Positions 15,414 to 29,141 of a DNA stretch of 64,000 bases are shown in pieces. Position 1 is the stretch's first letter; every line of letters starts with the position of its first letter. Source of the DNA: Sarea resinae. Taxonomy: Eukaryota. The DNA is taken from assembly GCA_026026165.1 (NCBI GenBank), contig JAPEUD010000088.1:1-64000 (forward strand), given 5' to 3'. The notes under the pieces were generated by a model. The model was not told where the DNA came from and searched no databases. It was given only the letters and a program-made list of their open reading frames with translations. Position numbers and translations under genes: made by a program.

Positions 15414-16021
15414 CTAAGATCTTCGCTTGACCACCATCGTCTCCAAGTCCGCACGCTCCTTGTTCTCCGCCTCAATTTCTCGAATGATGGGCGAAAGATA
15501 GGCGGTATCCTGGTGCAAGATTAGCTACCTCTCAATCAATATATCGTTGAGTGGCCTACCTCTTCAGGCTTGATGTGCTGCTCCTTTGGCAGGAGCTGAT
15601 GGGCGAGGGAGCACTGTGCAGATGAAACAAAGGGTCAGCCTCTGATCAGAAAACCTACTATGCAGAGTAGGTTACCAACCTGGAAAGCTCGCCGCAATCG
15701 GAAAACACGATCGTAGGCCTCCTTCGGCGGAAGGCGCTTAAGAGCCAAGAGAACAGTTTCGGATTCCTCGGGAATCAAATCATCGGCCCTAGAAGAATGA
15801 AGTTCATCAGTACAGAGCTCAGTAAAGATCAAGATTGCTGTGAAGACAGTAGGGGAGTGCGAGGCAGATCAGGCCCGAGGTCTCGACCACAAGAGGGAAT
15901 CGTACTTCAATCCCAGCTTCCTGTAGCCCGCAGCATCAGTATACCACTTGGCCAATGGACTCATCCAGCGCCGAAGCCATGGCCGCTTGATGATGAATTT
16001 GGCGAGAGATGGCTGCGACAT
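15414..16021 (-). CDS. QCR7: Ubiquinol-cytochrome c reductase subunit 7 (14 kDa)
   Basis: WYTDAAGYRKLGLK|ADDLIPEE...YDRVFRLRRAFQ|CSLAHQLLPKEQH; 3 introns. Confidence 0.95.
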
Positions 16022-17401
16022 GATTTGAGAAAAGCGCAAGGAACGTCGAGGTGGATGCGGTTGAAGGTCGAGGGCCGGAGAGAAGGTAATGGTGTCGAAA
16101 GTCGAAAGCCGAAATAGTCGTGACTTGAGGCTCTCTCTCTCTCTCTTGTGTCCACAAAGTAAGGTGCAAAGTACCTCCTGGTATTACTATCTAGTACTGG
16201 TGAGCATGTACTGCCTTAGGCTGGCTTTCGGTTCTGCTCTTTCTTCCGGGCCTCTTCGTTGTCTGAACGGAGCTGTCACGTGCGGAGTTCTTGGAAGTCA
16301 CTGTAGGGCTACTGTGGGATTGGGAAGTACTTGCGAGCCACCGGAGGGCCGAAGGTCCAACCAACGCAGTGCCATCGGTACTCCTTAGCCGGGGCTCAGG
16401 GCTCGGGCTGGGCTCTTCGGGGACGTTAGCGGAACGTATGAAGTATACCTTAGAGCAAAGGCAGTGGTTATCAATGGACATCTTCTGAGTCACAACTAGA
16501 ATTCAGTAAAGAGCATCAATGATCTCTGAATGCTGAATTCGAATCACACATAGCAAGGGAAACATGTCTAGTAGATACGATGGTAGGCAAGGTACGAACC
16601 AGAGAGATTGGTGCTCGGGTACAGATACCTCAGGTCCAAGGCTTGCTCCCTTGTATCGTTGCGCTACAAAAGACACCGCTCCATGATTATGTACCTTACT
16701 ACTTACTTCGTACTGCGGTACCTACTGTAAGCGGGCAGTACTTCGTGCACTGGTGATAAATGATCATTGCAGTGCCACGATAATGGGACCAAGCCACGAT
16801 CCATTTGACTTTTCGTTGCTCGACTTCGTACCTTTCTCTGCACCTACCACGTACTGTGTAGTACTCGTGCTGACTTCAGGTACTTCATAGTGAGTAGGTA
16901 CTTCTTACTGCGTACTTTGTGGGGAAGATAAGGTACATCTATCTACGTAGAATCTGCCTGCATTCACAAGGTATGGGTACATCAATCCAGCTTGTCTGGC
17001 CCATCAGCTTCACCGTCCGGCCTGCTGCTATCCGACACACGCAACTCAACTATTCTCACTATTGCACACACGCACGCACGCACGTCTTCTTCCACTCCAC
17101 TCCACTGCACTCCGCTCCCCTCCCGTTCCTTTCTACTGGCCCCTCCTACATACATCTCCCGGCTGCTCATCACTCTTCATCTCACTGCGCGTGCAATGGG
17201 TGTCAATGGGGCTTGATCATCGCTAGCATCGCTGCCATCGCCAGGTGCTGCGCGGGCTTCGGACCCCGCACACTGCGGATTCGGGCACACGGCCATCTGC
17301 TGCCCCCGTCCTAGGCCTGCCGCATCTCAGACAAAGGAACCATCGGTGGGCACTGCGCGACAGAATCTTCAGATATCCTTAGATGATCAGTTGTTCTCAG
17401 A

Positions 17402-18658
17402 ATGTCCATCGACCCAGAGCAGTCACCCTCTGCCAACCCTTCTTCGCATTATGCCGCACCAACCGCATCAGATCGCGACGAGACGACTCATGATCACGCA
17501 CCACCTCCTGGATCTGGACTGACCCACCTCGAACTTTTCTTGACTCGGATTCCAAAACCCTACATAACAGCGTTTTGCGGCGCAAGTGGGGGTGTCATGT
17601 CGGGGATAGTGACTTGTCCACTTGATGTTATCAAGACCAAGCTACAAGCTCAGAGGGGGAAATCTGCTGGAGTCTACCGGGGAATGATTGGCACGGCACG
17701 GGTAATATGGCGAGAAGATGGGATAAGAGGCATGTATCGCGGTCTTGGACCGATGCTCTTAGGCTATCTCCCAACCTGGGCGGTCTATTTGACAGTCTAC
17801 GACAGTGCTAGAGAGTATTTCTACACCAAGACCGGTAAGCCCCTTATCGCATGTCTTCTTCGGTCTGAAGTGCTGATGTTCGATGCAGAAAACAAATTCG
17901 TCGCACGCGCATGTGCTTCCGTGACTGCGGGTGGCTGTTCTACCTTGGTCACGAATCCTATCTGGGTAATTAAGACAAGGCTTATGGCCCAAGTGAGCTC
18001 GCGGGCAGCCAACAATGGCCACAGTCCTCCATGGCATTATAAATCCACCGTGGATGCCGCTCGGAAAATCTATCGTACTGAAGGCCTGCGCGCTTTCTAT
18101 TCAGGTCTTACTCCAGCACTCCTCGGCCTTACTCATGTCGCTGTCCAATTCCCAATGTACGAATACTTCAAGATGCATTTCACTGGCCTGGAGATGGGGG
18201 AGCAGTCGGAAACGGATAGCCAGAACAGTAACTGGGCTGGCATTGTGGCAGCTACATTTCTTAGCAAGCTTTGCGCTAGTTCGGCAACTTACCCTCATGA
18301 AGTTCTACGGACAAGACTGCAGACCCAGCAGCGATCTCCGCCACTGCATTCAAGTGAGGATATCGCTTTCCGAGGAGGTCTGCAAGGCCCGCAGGATTAT
18401 GGTCGACCCCCGGGTGGGTCATCATCCGATGGAATGATGAACCGGCCTCACTATAGGGGCGTTATCAAAACGTGTAAAACCATCCTGAGGGAGGAGGGTT
18501 GGAGGGCGTTTTACAATGGCATGGGAACAAACATGATCAGAGCGGTGCCGGCGGCTATCACTACGATGATGACATACGAATATCTCCAAAGCGCGTTGCA
18601 TAGCCTACAGGGTGAGGGCAATAGGAAGCTTGAAATCCACAAGGAGAACCTTTCTTGA
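17402..18658 (+). CDS. Mitochondrial carrier, NAD+ transporter (Ndt1/Yia6-like)
   Basis: Three carrier signatures, PLDVIKTK, PIWVIKTR and PHEVLRTR (W in the second repeat is typical of NAD/FAD/folate carriers), plus GYLPTWAVY; 54-nt intron 17835-17888. Confidence 0.88.
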   Translation: MSIDPEQSPSANPSSHYAAPTASDRDETTHDHAPPPGSGLTHLELFLTRIPKPYITAFCGASGGVMSGIVTCPLDVIKTKLQAQRGKSAGVYRGMIGTARVIWREDGIRGMYRGLGPMLLGYLPTWAVYLTVYDSAREYFYTKTGKPLIACLLRSEVLMFDAENKFVARACASVTAGGCSTLVTNPIWVIKTRLMAQVSSRAANNGHSPPWHYKSTVDAARKIYRTEGLRAFYSGLTPALLGLTHVAVQFPMYEYFKMHFTGLEMGEQSETDSQNSNWAGIVAATFLSKLCASSATYPHEVLRTRLQTQQRSPPLHSSEDIAFRGGLQGPQDYGRPPGGSSSDGMMNRPHYRGVIKTCKTILREEGWRAFYNGMGTNMIRAVPAAITTMMTYEYLQSALHSLQGEGNRKLEIHKENLS

Positions 18659-19364
18659 GATCCTCAAGGAACAGAAGGGCTACTTTATCGGCTAAGGTCT
18701 CCGGTCTCCGGTCTCCGGTCTGTGGATCTACGTCCACATTGTCAGTGTCATTCCTCGTTTCGGCTGTCACTTGCAGAGTAACGGCGGCCCTATGGCGCAT
18801 CTGGCGAAGTTTGGTTTCTCGGAGATGGGTCTTCTTCCGAAGAGTTTCAAAGGGTCTTCTCAATTTTCAGCCACAGACTGTCTTTTTAACGGAGCAAAGC
18901 GAGCATTTGTTGGGCGTGATCTCGATTTTCTACTCTCATGACCTTGAAATCTTTCAGTCCTCGTTGCTTATGGCGTATACCATAGCACAGCGATGTATGT
19001 AAATACAGCATTATTCCATGAAGTCTGATCATCGCAAAGCGCGGCTGGGCATGAAGAAATGCCGAATACAAAATAGTAATTCGAGCACTGCTGATGAACG
19101 TAACGGACCGAAGCCGTAAGCTGATTTCCTTCCCTTCCAGTCTCAGGACTCTCATCCAGTGATGTCTGTCTGAATCTACTGTCAACTCAATCAATCGAAA
19201 GCCGCATCTCAGACCTTCCCATCTCATTTGGAAGCCCTTTGGCTGGCATCAGCTAACGCGGTTGCGAGAAGCTTCGTTCGACATCTGGATATGCCAGGAG
19301 CACCACTTTCCTTCTCTCTGTGTCCATACACAGAAGCCTACCACGGGACCCAATTGCCTATATC

Positions 19365-19872
19365 CTAATCATCCCCACCTCGCTTGCCTTTGCGAATCCT
19401 CGCCCTCAGCATGTCCTCTTCTCCCCCAACGGCATCCTCGGCTTTCGTTCCAGCGTAAGCGGCACTATCGCCGTCGCCGTCCTTGGATCCCGGGTCGCCG
19501 TCTCGAACCCCAAGCAACAGCTGCCGCACGGGCTGCTGATCCTCGGGCCGTTCAAGCTGACCGTGCTGCCTTCGCATCTCATTTCGCCAGCTGATCTGGC
19601 CGCCGTCGGCCTCGCGGTGCTTCTGCGCGTTGCGCTTGGCCGCGTAGACGGAGCTACGCGCGTAGACGAAGAAGATACCCGCCATGGTGAGCGCCGCGAT
19701 AGGAGCTAGTATTCGCTGCATTCGAGGGCGCGAGCGGGAAGTGCGGTCGCATTAGCTTGCCATTATCGTCTTCGTATTTTTGTTTACCGCGGAGGGGAGG
19801 CGGGGGAAGGCGTTCATGTAGAATCATTGGTTAGGGAACTTGAAGACTTACCCGGCCATTGAACGGCGCCAT
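19365..19872 (-). CDS. Small hypothetical protein with one N-terminal hydrophobic segment
   Basis: MAPFNGR|RILAPIAALTMAGIFFVYARSS...DGGQISW; canonical GTAAGT donor, GCTAAT branch point and CAG acceptor, in phase 0. Confidence 0.7.
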
Positions 19873-20304
19873 GATGCCAATTGATGTCGATATTTCATTG
19901 ATACTCAAGAAGGTTTGGAGGCTAGGACGTCGCAAGGCTATAATACGACTTATGGAGCGGTCGCGTGTGGACTTCGATTGAATGTAAGCTTTGATCCTGC
20001 GGGTGAGCTTACCGACGATGACGTTTCGGTCTGGAGAAATAGGTAGGGAACAGGGGCTACTAACAATGCGGGGTGGTCATCCACTTATGAATGTTTCCGA
20101 GCAATTAAGTAATTTGGTTGGCAATCGATTTAAATGTAGTTCTTGCCCTCGAGGATCATCTCCATCTTTATTCACAATTTAGTATTTGTCTCATGATTCA
20201 GTATTTAATTGACCGTGCATGCGATGCTGCTCAAGAGACCCATGCTCAAATATCGAACGAGAAGGTGCCACCAAGAGGAAAACGCCGCCAAGTCTACGCC
20301 AAAT

Positions 20305-22188
20305 CTATGAAGGTATGCCTACTAAACGACGAAAGGAAAGATAGTATTCATACAGTGAGAGTTTCAGCTCCACTCTCATATGGGAGCCCCAGGCGTTAGC
20401 CAGTCGAAGAAGGTTACGCGGCCGAAAGATGCTTCCATGTTGACGGATCACCTCCATCTGCTCCTGAAAGACGGTTCGCGAACAATATCTTGCTAGAATA
20501 AGGAATGTACGGACTGGCCCCTGCCTTGTCTGCAGATTTTCATCCAAGCTCCGGGCTGTCGAGATCGTTAGTAATTTGTATATCCATGGGACTATCCTTG
20601 AACGATGTATGAAAACTTACTCAAGTCATTAGTCTTCAAAATAAGTAGAATTATCTTGGGAACTTCGCTCAGTAGCTGGACCAATTGCTGTAGCATACCC
20701 TCTCCCATAGCCTCAGTTATGCTTTCTTTCTCTTCCGCGGACCGAGGTACAATTACAGATTGCGTGAGCACCCGATAATCGCGTCCTGTGATTGCGCTCG
20801 CAAAGAGAGGAAATTGTTCTTCGTTGATCCCCGCCACGTCATACGCATATTTCCGCATTCTTTGCTCGTCGGCATCAATTACAGCTAGCCAGAGCTTCGC
20901 GTATGATCGACGGAGGTCAAGCGGTATGTCTCTGTATAAGCCGTGGTCATAAAGAATAACATCAAAATTTGGCTTTCTTCTCGAATTGTTCTTTCGGATT
21001 GCGATATTTCCTCCATGTGGATCGCAGTGTAATGGTGCGCCATCCCCAAAGATCATTTCGTTGAAGATGCGAGCAAGGGCCGCGGATACTTCGTCGCGAT
21101 CGATACCATTGGAATCAAGAAATTCTAGGTCATCGAGACGATGGCCAGAGACATTATCCATCACCAATATGCGCTTTTTGGCCCATATCACTGTCATTGC
21201 GATTAGTGTATACTCTCGAAGAAATGCGAACGAAAGCCTCACCATTTGGAATTACCAACGGACTGTCTGGAATGCTCTGAAAGTATGCCTTGGTTCGCAT
21301 GGCGTTCTCTCCTTCTCTTGCAAAGTCCAGCTCCTGTGGCAGAGACGCCTCCATTTCCTCCGATAGCCATTCAAGATCATATTCTGGGAAGAACCTCTTA
21401 AGCATTTGGAAAGTAAACCTCGTCAAAGCTAAGTCCAAAGGGACCCATTCCTGCAATACCGGGTGTTGAATTTTTACTGCAACTTTTTGGCCCGTCTCCT
21501 TTAGTTCAGCAAGGTGTACCTGGGCTAGCGAAGCCGCTCCAATTGGGACGGGCTCAAAGGTTGAAAACATATCCGGTATCGATTGGCCTGTATCCTTGAG
21601 GAATAGATCCTCTACAGATTCGATAGATGAGACTGGGCATTTGTCTTGGAGCGGGATGAACGTCGATGTCCATTCGATGGGCAGAAGATAGTTCATGCTG
21701 CTCAGATGTTGACCGAGCTTGATGAATATGGAACCATTCTTCTCTAGGACGCTTAGCGTACGTTCGGCGCAACGTTTGTGACATGCCCTGAGGAGTGAGG
21801 AACGCTCTGCATCATCGTCCGTCTTGTAATTTAAGGTGACGCGGTAGCTTGACCATGATTAGCATCTCGGTCGAAAGGTGGCGCTAAGAGGTTTGTCTCA
21901 CTCGTTGATATTAAGAGCCAAGGCGCTGAGCACCCGACTTGATCTCTCTGCTGCAGCGTAGCCATGCTTGACATCATCTGAGAACGCGAGCGCCGCTGCT
22001 CCAAGTGTGCTGCCCCCTGCCGCTATCAGTATCAAGCCTCTCTTGCCTTTCTTTGGCGTCGAGTTCGAAGACGCCGAGACGTAGCCACGGCGGAAGCTGG
22101 AGTCAACCCGTTTGCGTTGTAGCAAACATCTCCTGCAGACCCATGGTGTACTTCGCTGGAGAAAGGACAGGAAGCTCAGGCCCTTCAT
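20305..22188 (-). CDS. ABC1/UbiB-family atypical kinase (ADCK1/Mcp2-like, probably mitochondrial)
   Basis: NGSIFIKLGQHL, PIGAASLAQVH, VAVKIQHP, ELDF, LHCDPHGGN and LYDHGL motifs; Arg-rich presequence-like N-terminus; several introns. Confidence 0.9.
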
Positions 22189-22854
22189 GATGGAAATGGG
22201 AGTCTTGGCCAAGAAAGAAAGAATCGCAAAGTCATGGCAGAAAAGATTCGCAATCAAAATATCGGACGGGTCTGATAGAGTTCGGAGGTACGGAGTACAT
22301 CTAGTAGGTACGAGAGAATTGGGTACATGAATTACGGTAGCTGATGACGTATGACGAGAAGTACTCGTTCGACCGAGGACTCGGTCGACCCCGTACTCGA
22401 TAGCACACCGCCCGGCAAATGGCGGGATGCCAAACGTAATCATCGCCATCAATGAGTATTAGGAGCTCTTGGGAGCTCTTGGGAGCCCCAAACTCCTTAC
22501 TAAATACTACCTACCTACGCAACTTTACCATACAGTAAGATTTGAGATGCAAAATGCAAGGTGGTGAATACCATTGGTCGTATGGTGGGATAGATTTGAA
22601 TGATTTTGACAGTTTATCATCTGTCGACAAACGTCTCCCATTCGATAGACCCACTCGATCATGCCTGCTAATGCATGATGAAACTCCTAGAGGAAGCCCC
22701 GAATTTCCCGGAACTTCTTGGCCAAACAGCTACGAAGCAGTCCCTGATGCGCCTATGCTATGCAATGAGAATCTTTACGCTGCCGGAACCCCAAGGCAAA
22801 ATGATAAAAGGGAGCCCATTGAACCGAACCATTGCACCGAGACAAAGAAAAGTT

Positions 22855-25800
22855 TCATGACCATCGTACATCATCACTTGTCTGTCGACGTCGTCTTAAA
22901 TTTGGAACAGATGAGGACGCCGGGACCAACGAAGGCATTAGGTTTTCACCCTTGCGGGGTGATGTGACCAGTGGTTTTCGAGAAGCTCGACTTATGGACG
23001 TCCGTGGCAATCTGCTCTTCGCCATGCTGTTTGCACCATTTGCAAAGCCCCCGGGGCCGCTCATGCCACTACCATCCCGGCTTGTCGGCCTTGCTTGTCC
23101 AGCAGATATCGAGCCGTTCACTTGCTTGTTATCACGGACATCGAAGTATCCCGTGGATTGGACAGACCGACTGTGATGCGGGGTGGGTGTGATTGAGGGC
23201 CCAGATCCTGGCGCTGTCGCAGTTGTTGAGGCGCTTGCACGACGCATAGGCGTCCTTTTGCTGCCGCTTGCGGGCTGCCCCGGCATCTCTAGGCTCGTCT
23301 TTAAAAGCTCGCTAGCCATATTTCTGACAAGAACAGCTCCGTCTCGATCAGCGAGTCTCTGGATAGTCTCTAATAATCCATATCTGCGAATAAGACCGCC
23401 TTGCTCGTCACTCGCATCACAGATGCTTCGAACAATACGTAAGAGATTTAGACGAATAACGGCTTTGTTATGGCCCAATTTCTGGAGAATCCGAGAAAAC
23501 AGATCCTCCCGGGCCAACGACAGGGCCACCGGTGGGCTGAGTCGCAAAAGCTTTTGCAAAGGTTCGAGGAGATTCTCAAAGGCATTAGCTTTTGAGGTGG
23601 TGAAGCACCTAATGATGGCCTCGGTGAAGGATCCATCGAGCAAGTGCTCTTCTACCTTGGCTGTCTCTTCTTGAAGCCTGGAACCATTAGCTGCGAAAGC
23701 TTATCATATTAGGATAGGGAGCTCACCAGATGAAGATCGCGTCTAGAGCAGTGACCTGCCAGTATGGATCTGCCAGCAGTGAAGTGTAGAACTGAAGGCC
23801 TTTGTTCTGCCACAGCAACTTACGTCCGACCTTACCGGAGTGTGCCATATCGCACAAGATGGGAAGGGCGAATTCTTTGAGGGGCCGCTCGGTCTTGACG
23901 ATGCGCATGAGTAGCGGTATAATGCCGTTGAGAGCAGCGTCCTCTTGTCTGGTCTTATTGAGTCGGCAGAGATTGTACATTGTATTCAAGACCTGGTTCG
24001 AGATTTCTCGGAAATGTGGAGCCCTCATGCTCGTTCTCAACAAATCGATCAAATCGTCGATTGCGTTGGAATTCTGGAGCGTATCTAGTGTTGTCGAGAG
24101 CATTGATATGTTCTTGATGAATTTCAACATCGTAATTTGGGGGGTTGGTGACATTCGCTTCAGGTCCTTCAGAACCACTACACGGCCGTTAGCACTTGAA
24201 ACAACACAGGCACACTTGAGTTTTGCATACGCTTGAGGACCTTCCGATCTGCTACAATTTCCTTGACATGGTTCTCGGCTTGCGAGAAAAGCAGAAATAT
24301 ATTAGCAATACGACTCTCGCAAAGCTCGGCGAGTTCTCCTTCCTCGTCAAGTACTCGGTTCAGGATCATTGACAGAGGATAAAGCACCGAGCTTCTCGAG
24401 AAGATCCGACAGAAATCGTTTTTGGGCGTTGGTCCCTGGCTTTATCAGCGTGTCAATCCCAAAGTCTGCCTTAAAAACATACCTGCAATTCGAAGACGCT
24501 CCAGACACCATTCACTCCTATCAGAACTAAATCACGCTCCATTTCGTAATCTTCCTCAAGGAACTCCACAAGAACGTTGAGACCACCGCAGCTTACGAAC
24601 ATCTGCAGAGTAAGCGTCGAAGTTTGATACATCTGCCTTACAAAGGCGGCAGCTTCGAGACGGATCTCGCTGGAATACTTTTTCGACGCGAATTTCGAGA
24701 TAATCGGAATACCTCCGACAAAGCAAAGGTTCTCTTGAATCTCAACATCATTAAACATAATCTGTCTCGGTAAGCCGAAGGTCGGTCTTTGAACTGGGCA
24801 CGCTTCTTACATTGTTAACGATTTTCAGTAACTGCAGAATGACATCTCTGCGTCGACACGTTTCAAGCATCTCTAGAATCGGTAGCATGCCATGAGCGCT
24901 AATTATGATGCCTTTCGCCTCTGGAGATTCAAACAGGATTTCGAGCTGGACTTATTAGGCTGTGATCTCAGTATGTCATTTTTGGTCGACTTACAAGTTG
25001 TTCAGACAATTCAGCAAGCACGTCCTCTTCCTGTGAGACCTTCAAAGAGCTTACGAGGCCCTCAACCTGCATACAAAGCCGCGCATATTTGTCGCGCGCA
25101 ATATTTGCCTCCAAATCTTACTAAATTAGATCAAGACCGTGAGACTTGGACTAGACAGCTTACCAAGTTCATCGAATCCTTCCTCGAGCTGAGCGAAAGG
25201 ATCGTCTTCATCGTCTTCATCACCGAGCTAAGTAGATTAACCAAAAGGCTCTGCGGGCAGTGTCAAGAAGAAAGGTACATACCCATGAGTTATTGGAAAG
25301 CTTCGAGTGTAACATCAGTGTGCCCAGTTCCGAGCCGCTATCACTCTCATTCTTCTCCAGGACTTCGTCGTCTTTTCCAAATATATCGGAAAAGTCCTCA
25401 TCATCTTCATCTTCGGCATACCTCTGGATTTCTACTGATGATCTCGATCTTCTCATGGGTGAATGGAAATGTTTCTCCGGAACTCTCGTTTGTCTTTGAG
25501 TGTTGCTTCCAAGGGCCAAAGGTTGCGTAGGCCTGGGTAGGCTTTTCAGATCCGAGGGGTGAAAGAGCTTGGGAGAGAGGGATTCTTCCTTCTAAAATAT
25601 CGTTAGTACTATGACTGTCCCTTGAGACTGTGTTAGACATACCCTCAATACCTGAAGCCTCTTTTCAAAGGCCGCATCATTGGTGGCGATGAGGTCGGAG
25701 TAATCCTCGACGGAATCCTCGCGAAATAAGGCAGCCGGTCGCACCGGCAGCGTCAACTTACCCTCAAGGGGGCGTGATTTTGCTCGAGATACCGACTGCT

Positions 25801-27568
25801 GCTCGCCAGATTCTGAGGGTAGCTGTGCAGCAGGTTTTGTGGGGGATGTAGATTTGACACCTGCATCCAGATTCTTTTTTGGAAAGTATGGCCGAATTGT
25901 CTGCAACGGGTCAGATTCAGTGTACTGTAGAGGGCTTTTGACCGTCAAATCCCCCTCAAAGTTGTCGTCCCAGTTTTCCTCGGCAACTGTATCGAATGAG
26001 GCGAAGGCTTTGAGCTTATCAGAAGACAGCATACCACCAAAGTTGTCGTGAGGTCTGAGGTGTGGCAATTGGAGGGCATGCGCCGGAATAGAGGAAGTGA
26101 AATCGTCATCCCAATTGTCGTCCGCTGAATCCTCTAACGAGCGGAACTGTGCAGCTGCGGTAGAGCGTGAGCTGACGGCATTCAGTGGCGCGTTTGCCGA
26201 AGCAAGTGAGCGTGGTAGATCGTTTCGTTCTGGAAGGGGGCTCCCTGGTGTAGGGCGAGGAGCTTTTCGAATAGAATTGGCATTTGGGGACTTTAGAGCT
26301 TCGTTCCATTCTTGAACGCTCTTCACAGCTTCATCATATTTTGTGGGTTGGGTTGGCACTGCCGCATCAGATCTCCTTGCACTGACTATCCAAGGATGTT
26401 TGAGCAATTTGCGTGCAGAGACTCTCAAGTTTGGATCTTTTTGGAAGCACTGCATCAGAAAATCTCGGACAGCCTGTCACAGTTAGCTTCACAATGTGAG
26501 CGATGTGGAACGACTTAGCGTACTGGCGACGCCCCCTCGGGAAGCGGTGGATGGTCGTCGTTGACAATTCGGAAAAGGGCAGGCATAGGCTGCAACTTGT
26601 GATATGGAGGCTTTCCGTCGAGCAACTCGATGACTGTACACCCAAGACTCCATATATCCGATGCTGTCGTGGCGCCGGAGAGCTCTATGACCTCAGGCGC
26701 CATCCAGTAAGGTGTTCCGACAACGCTCGATTCGTGAAGTCCTGTGGTCCTCGTGGCAACGCCAAAATCTGCTAGCTTGACTAGGCCTTCCTTTGTCGTG
26801 AGAATATTGGCACCCTTGATGTCTCGATGAATCACTCCCTGCTCGTGAAGATAGAGGAGGCCATGCAGTACTTGAGACATGTATATGCCCACAAGGTTCT
26901 CGGGGAACTTCCCAAAGTTCTTACAGATGGTATGAAGGGAGCCATTTTCGCAGTACCTGCGGATAATCAATCAGTTACGGGCTCGAAGAGGCGAAGTGAT
27001 AGGCTACTTACTCGAGGACTATGAAGAGGGACTCGGCCGTCTTTTCGAAGCCGTGATATTTGACTATATTTGGATGCTGCTTTTCTTAGCATAGATGCGT
27101 CGGAAGAACGAGAGGACTTGACCGTACGTTGAGATTCTTCAAAAGGTCGATCTCGAGCTACGCAAGGGGCTGAAGTCAGTACGGAAAGAGCGCATAGACT
27201 ATTTCGAAGACCACGACTTACCATAATCACTCTCAACTCGCTTTTTGGAAGATCGGCAAGCTTTACTTGTTTCACGGCCACTGTTTCTCCCGTGCCCCAG
27301 TTCAGAGCTCTATAGACGGAACCAAACGCTCCCTTCCCGAGGCAATCGCCCAATTGCTATATCAATCCGTCAGGGAATTTAGGCCTGGGGTCTCCGTCAT
27401 TGTCGTACGTACGTAGTTCTTCAGCCCGGCGGCATCTTTGACTCCCTTCTGCGTTCTGCCATCGTGCTTCACATGCGCCGTTGAGCGTCTCTCCAACTTG
27501 GTCTGGCCGGGCCCGGTCGCTTGAGTGGTCGCAGCCTTCTCGGGGGAGCTGGCAGTTGGTGCTCGCAT
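22855..27568 (-). CDS. sepH: Septation initiation network kinase SepH (Cdc15/Cdc7 orthologue)
   Basis: STE kinase domain ([32 protein letters not shown]), NWDDDF acidic repeats and an ARM-like C-terminal region ([25 protein letters not shown]); many introns. Confidence 0.92.
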
Positions 27569-29141
27569 TCCGCTAGACGGATGGAGAGAGGGGTGGAGGG
27601 GGCGGAGGTCGAGGATCGTGAGATTTTGATTTAAAGGAAGGCTCCGATCAATGCGAGTCTTTGAAGCATGGCCGAAGCACCATAGAGTGAGACGAGGTTC
27701 TTGGGCGCAGAATGAGTGAGCTGAAAGTGGCGAAAGAGTGGCGGATGGAAGGCGCACCAGATTGCAGGTAGGAAGAGGATCGGAGGTGAGATGCTTGACA
27801 GGGCGAGGGGTAATGAGAGAGGGAGAGTGCTCAAGGAGCGAGCAAAGCACAGAGGGCTAATTCTATTTCTATGTAGGTACCCAAAACTCCTGGGGTATCG
27901 TGGTGAATGCAAATGGCGAGTGACGTTCTTACGACGAGGGAATGTCGAGGGTTATCACAACATTTGTTGTTTCGTCTTGCTGAGCTGTAGAGCAAGGTAG
28001 TGAGGTACGAAGTAAGTAGTCGAACGGAGAGGGCCGCACGGGAAGGGGTTTAGATTTGTCTACCTACCTAAGCTTGTCGATGCCGATCAGCGAGGTGAGC
28101 TGGCCGTCTTGGGTACTGCAGAGGTCACAGATCTGTCGTTGCAGGCGCAATCAATACTCTACTACTACGCCACGGCAACTATGGCATCGTCCGAGGGAGG
28201 GAGGTACCCAGTACGCGGACTATACCCCTGAACTACCTACCGCCCTGCTCTATCGATCACCATCAATGGAGGGTATGGTTGCAGGCCCGCTTGTTTGCTT
28301 GTCCTTTTGTCTCGATTTCTATTGTTTTGCATCGACATATCGGGAAATGTGTCATGCAGTGTCATCCACGGTACCTAAGGTACGGTACTGACTGAGGGTA
28401 AAGGTGCTGGGCTCACTGGTCCCTCGGTAGCAGTTTCCATCTCGCGTGAGGGAGAAGTACCTCTGCATCACGTACCTCTGTGTTCAATCTAGCCGCGAAA
28501 GGACCTTATGTCTTGTACAGCACGTCTACTCCGGAGTACGTTCGACCTCAACGGGCTAGTAGTGCCTACCGCAGTAGGCGGCTTCCCCTCGCTTTCCCCT
28601 TGCGCTTCGCTGAACATCAATTGATCCGTCCATGTGGTATGGATGCGCGCCTACTCGGTACCCGGGGTATGGTACCTAGGTACGGAAACCCTACGGCACC
28701 GTGTTTCTGTCATGAGGTACTTGGCCCGTCGCCAGTTCCTCATACAGCATTCATACCTTACCATCGTCTCGTACGAGGTACCTTGCATTAAGGTGTCGAT
28801 GCTACCTCCTATCGATGTACTGCGCAGTAGTAGCTACCTAGCTACGAAGTCATGCAGTAAGGTAGACGGGCTGCAGTAAGGTACCTCTACTTCTTCTCAT
28901 CTTATCTGACCACTTACTGGGGCTGCCTACTGTAAGCGCCATCTTCAATTCCTCCCCCGAATCGCCGTCTTCATCTTCATCCTCATCTTCATCTTCATCA
29001 ATACCATCGTGGTCATCGTGACCATCATCATCATCATCTTCTCCTCCTCCTTGTTTTCCAACAGTCGCCGACGTCTGGTTTCTCGTCTCTCATCAATCTG
29101 TCATCTTCGGCTTTCCTCCAATTCGTCGCAACCTCACCGTG

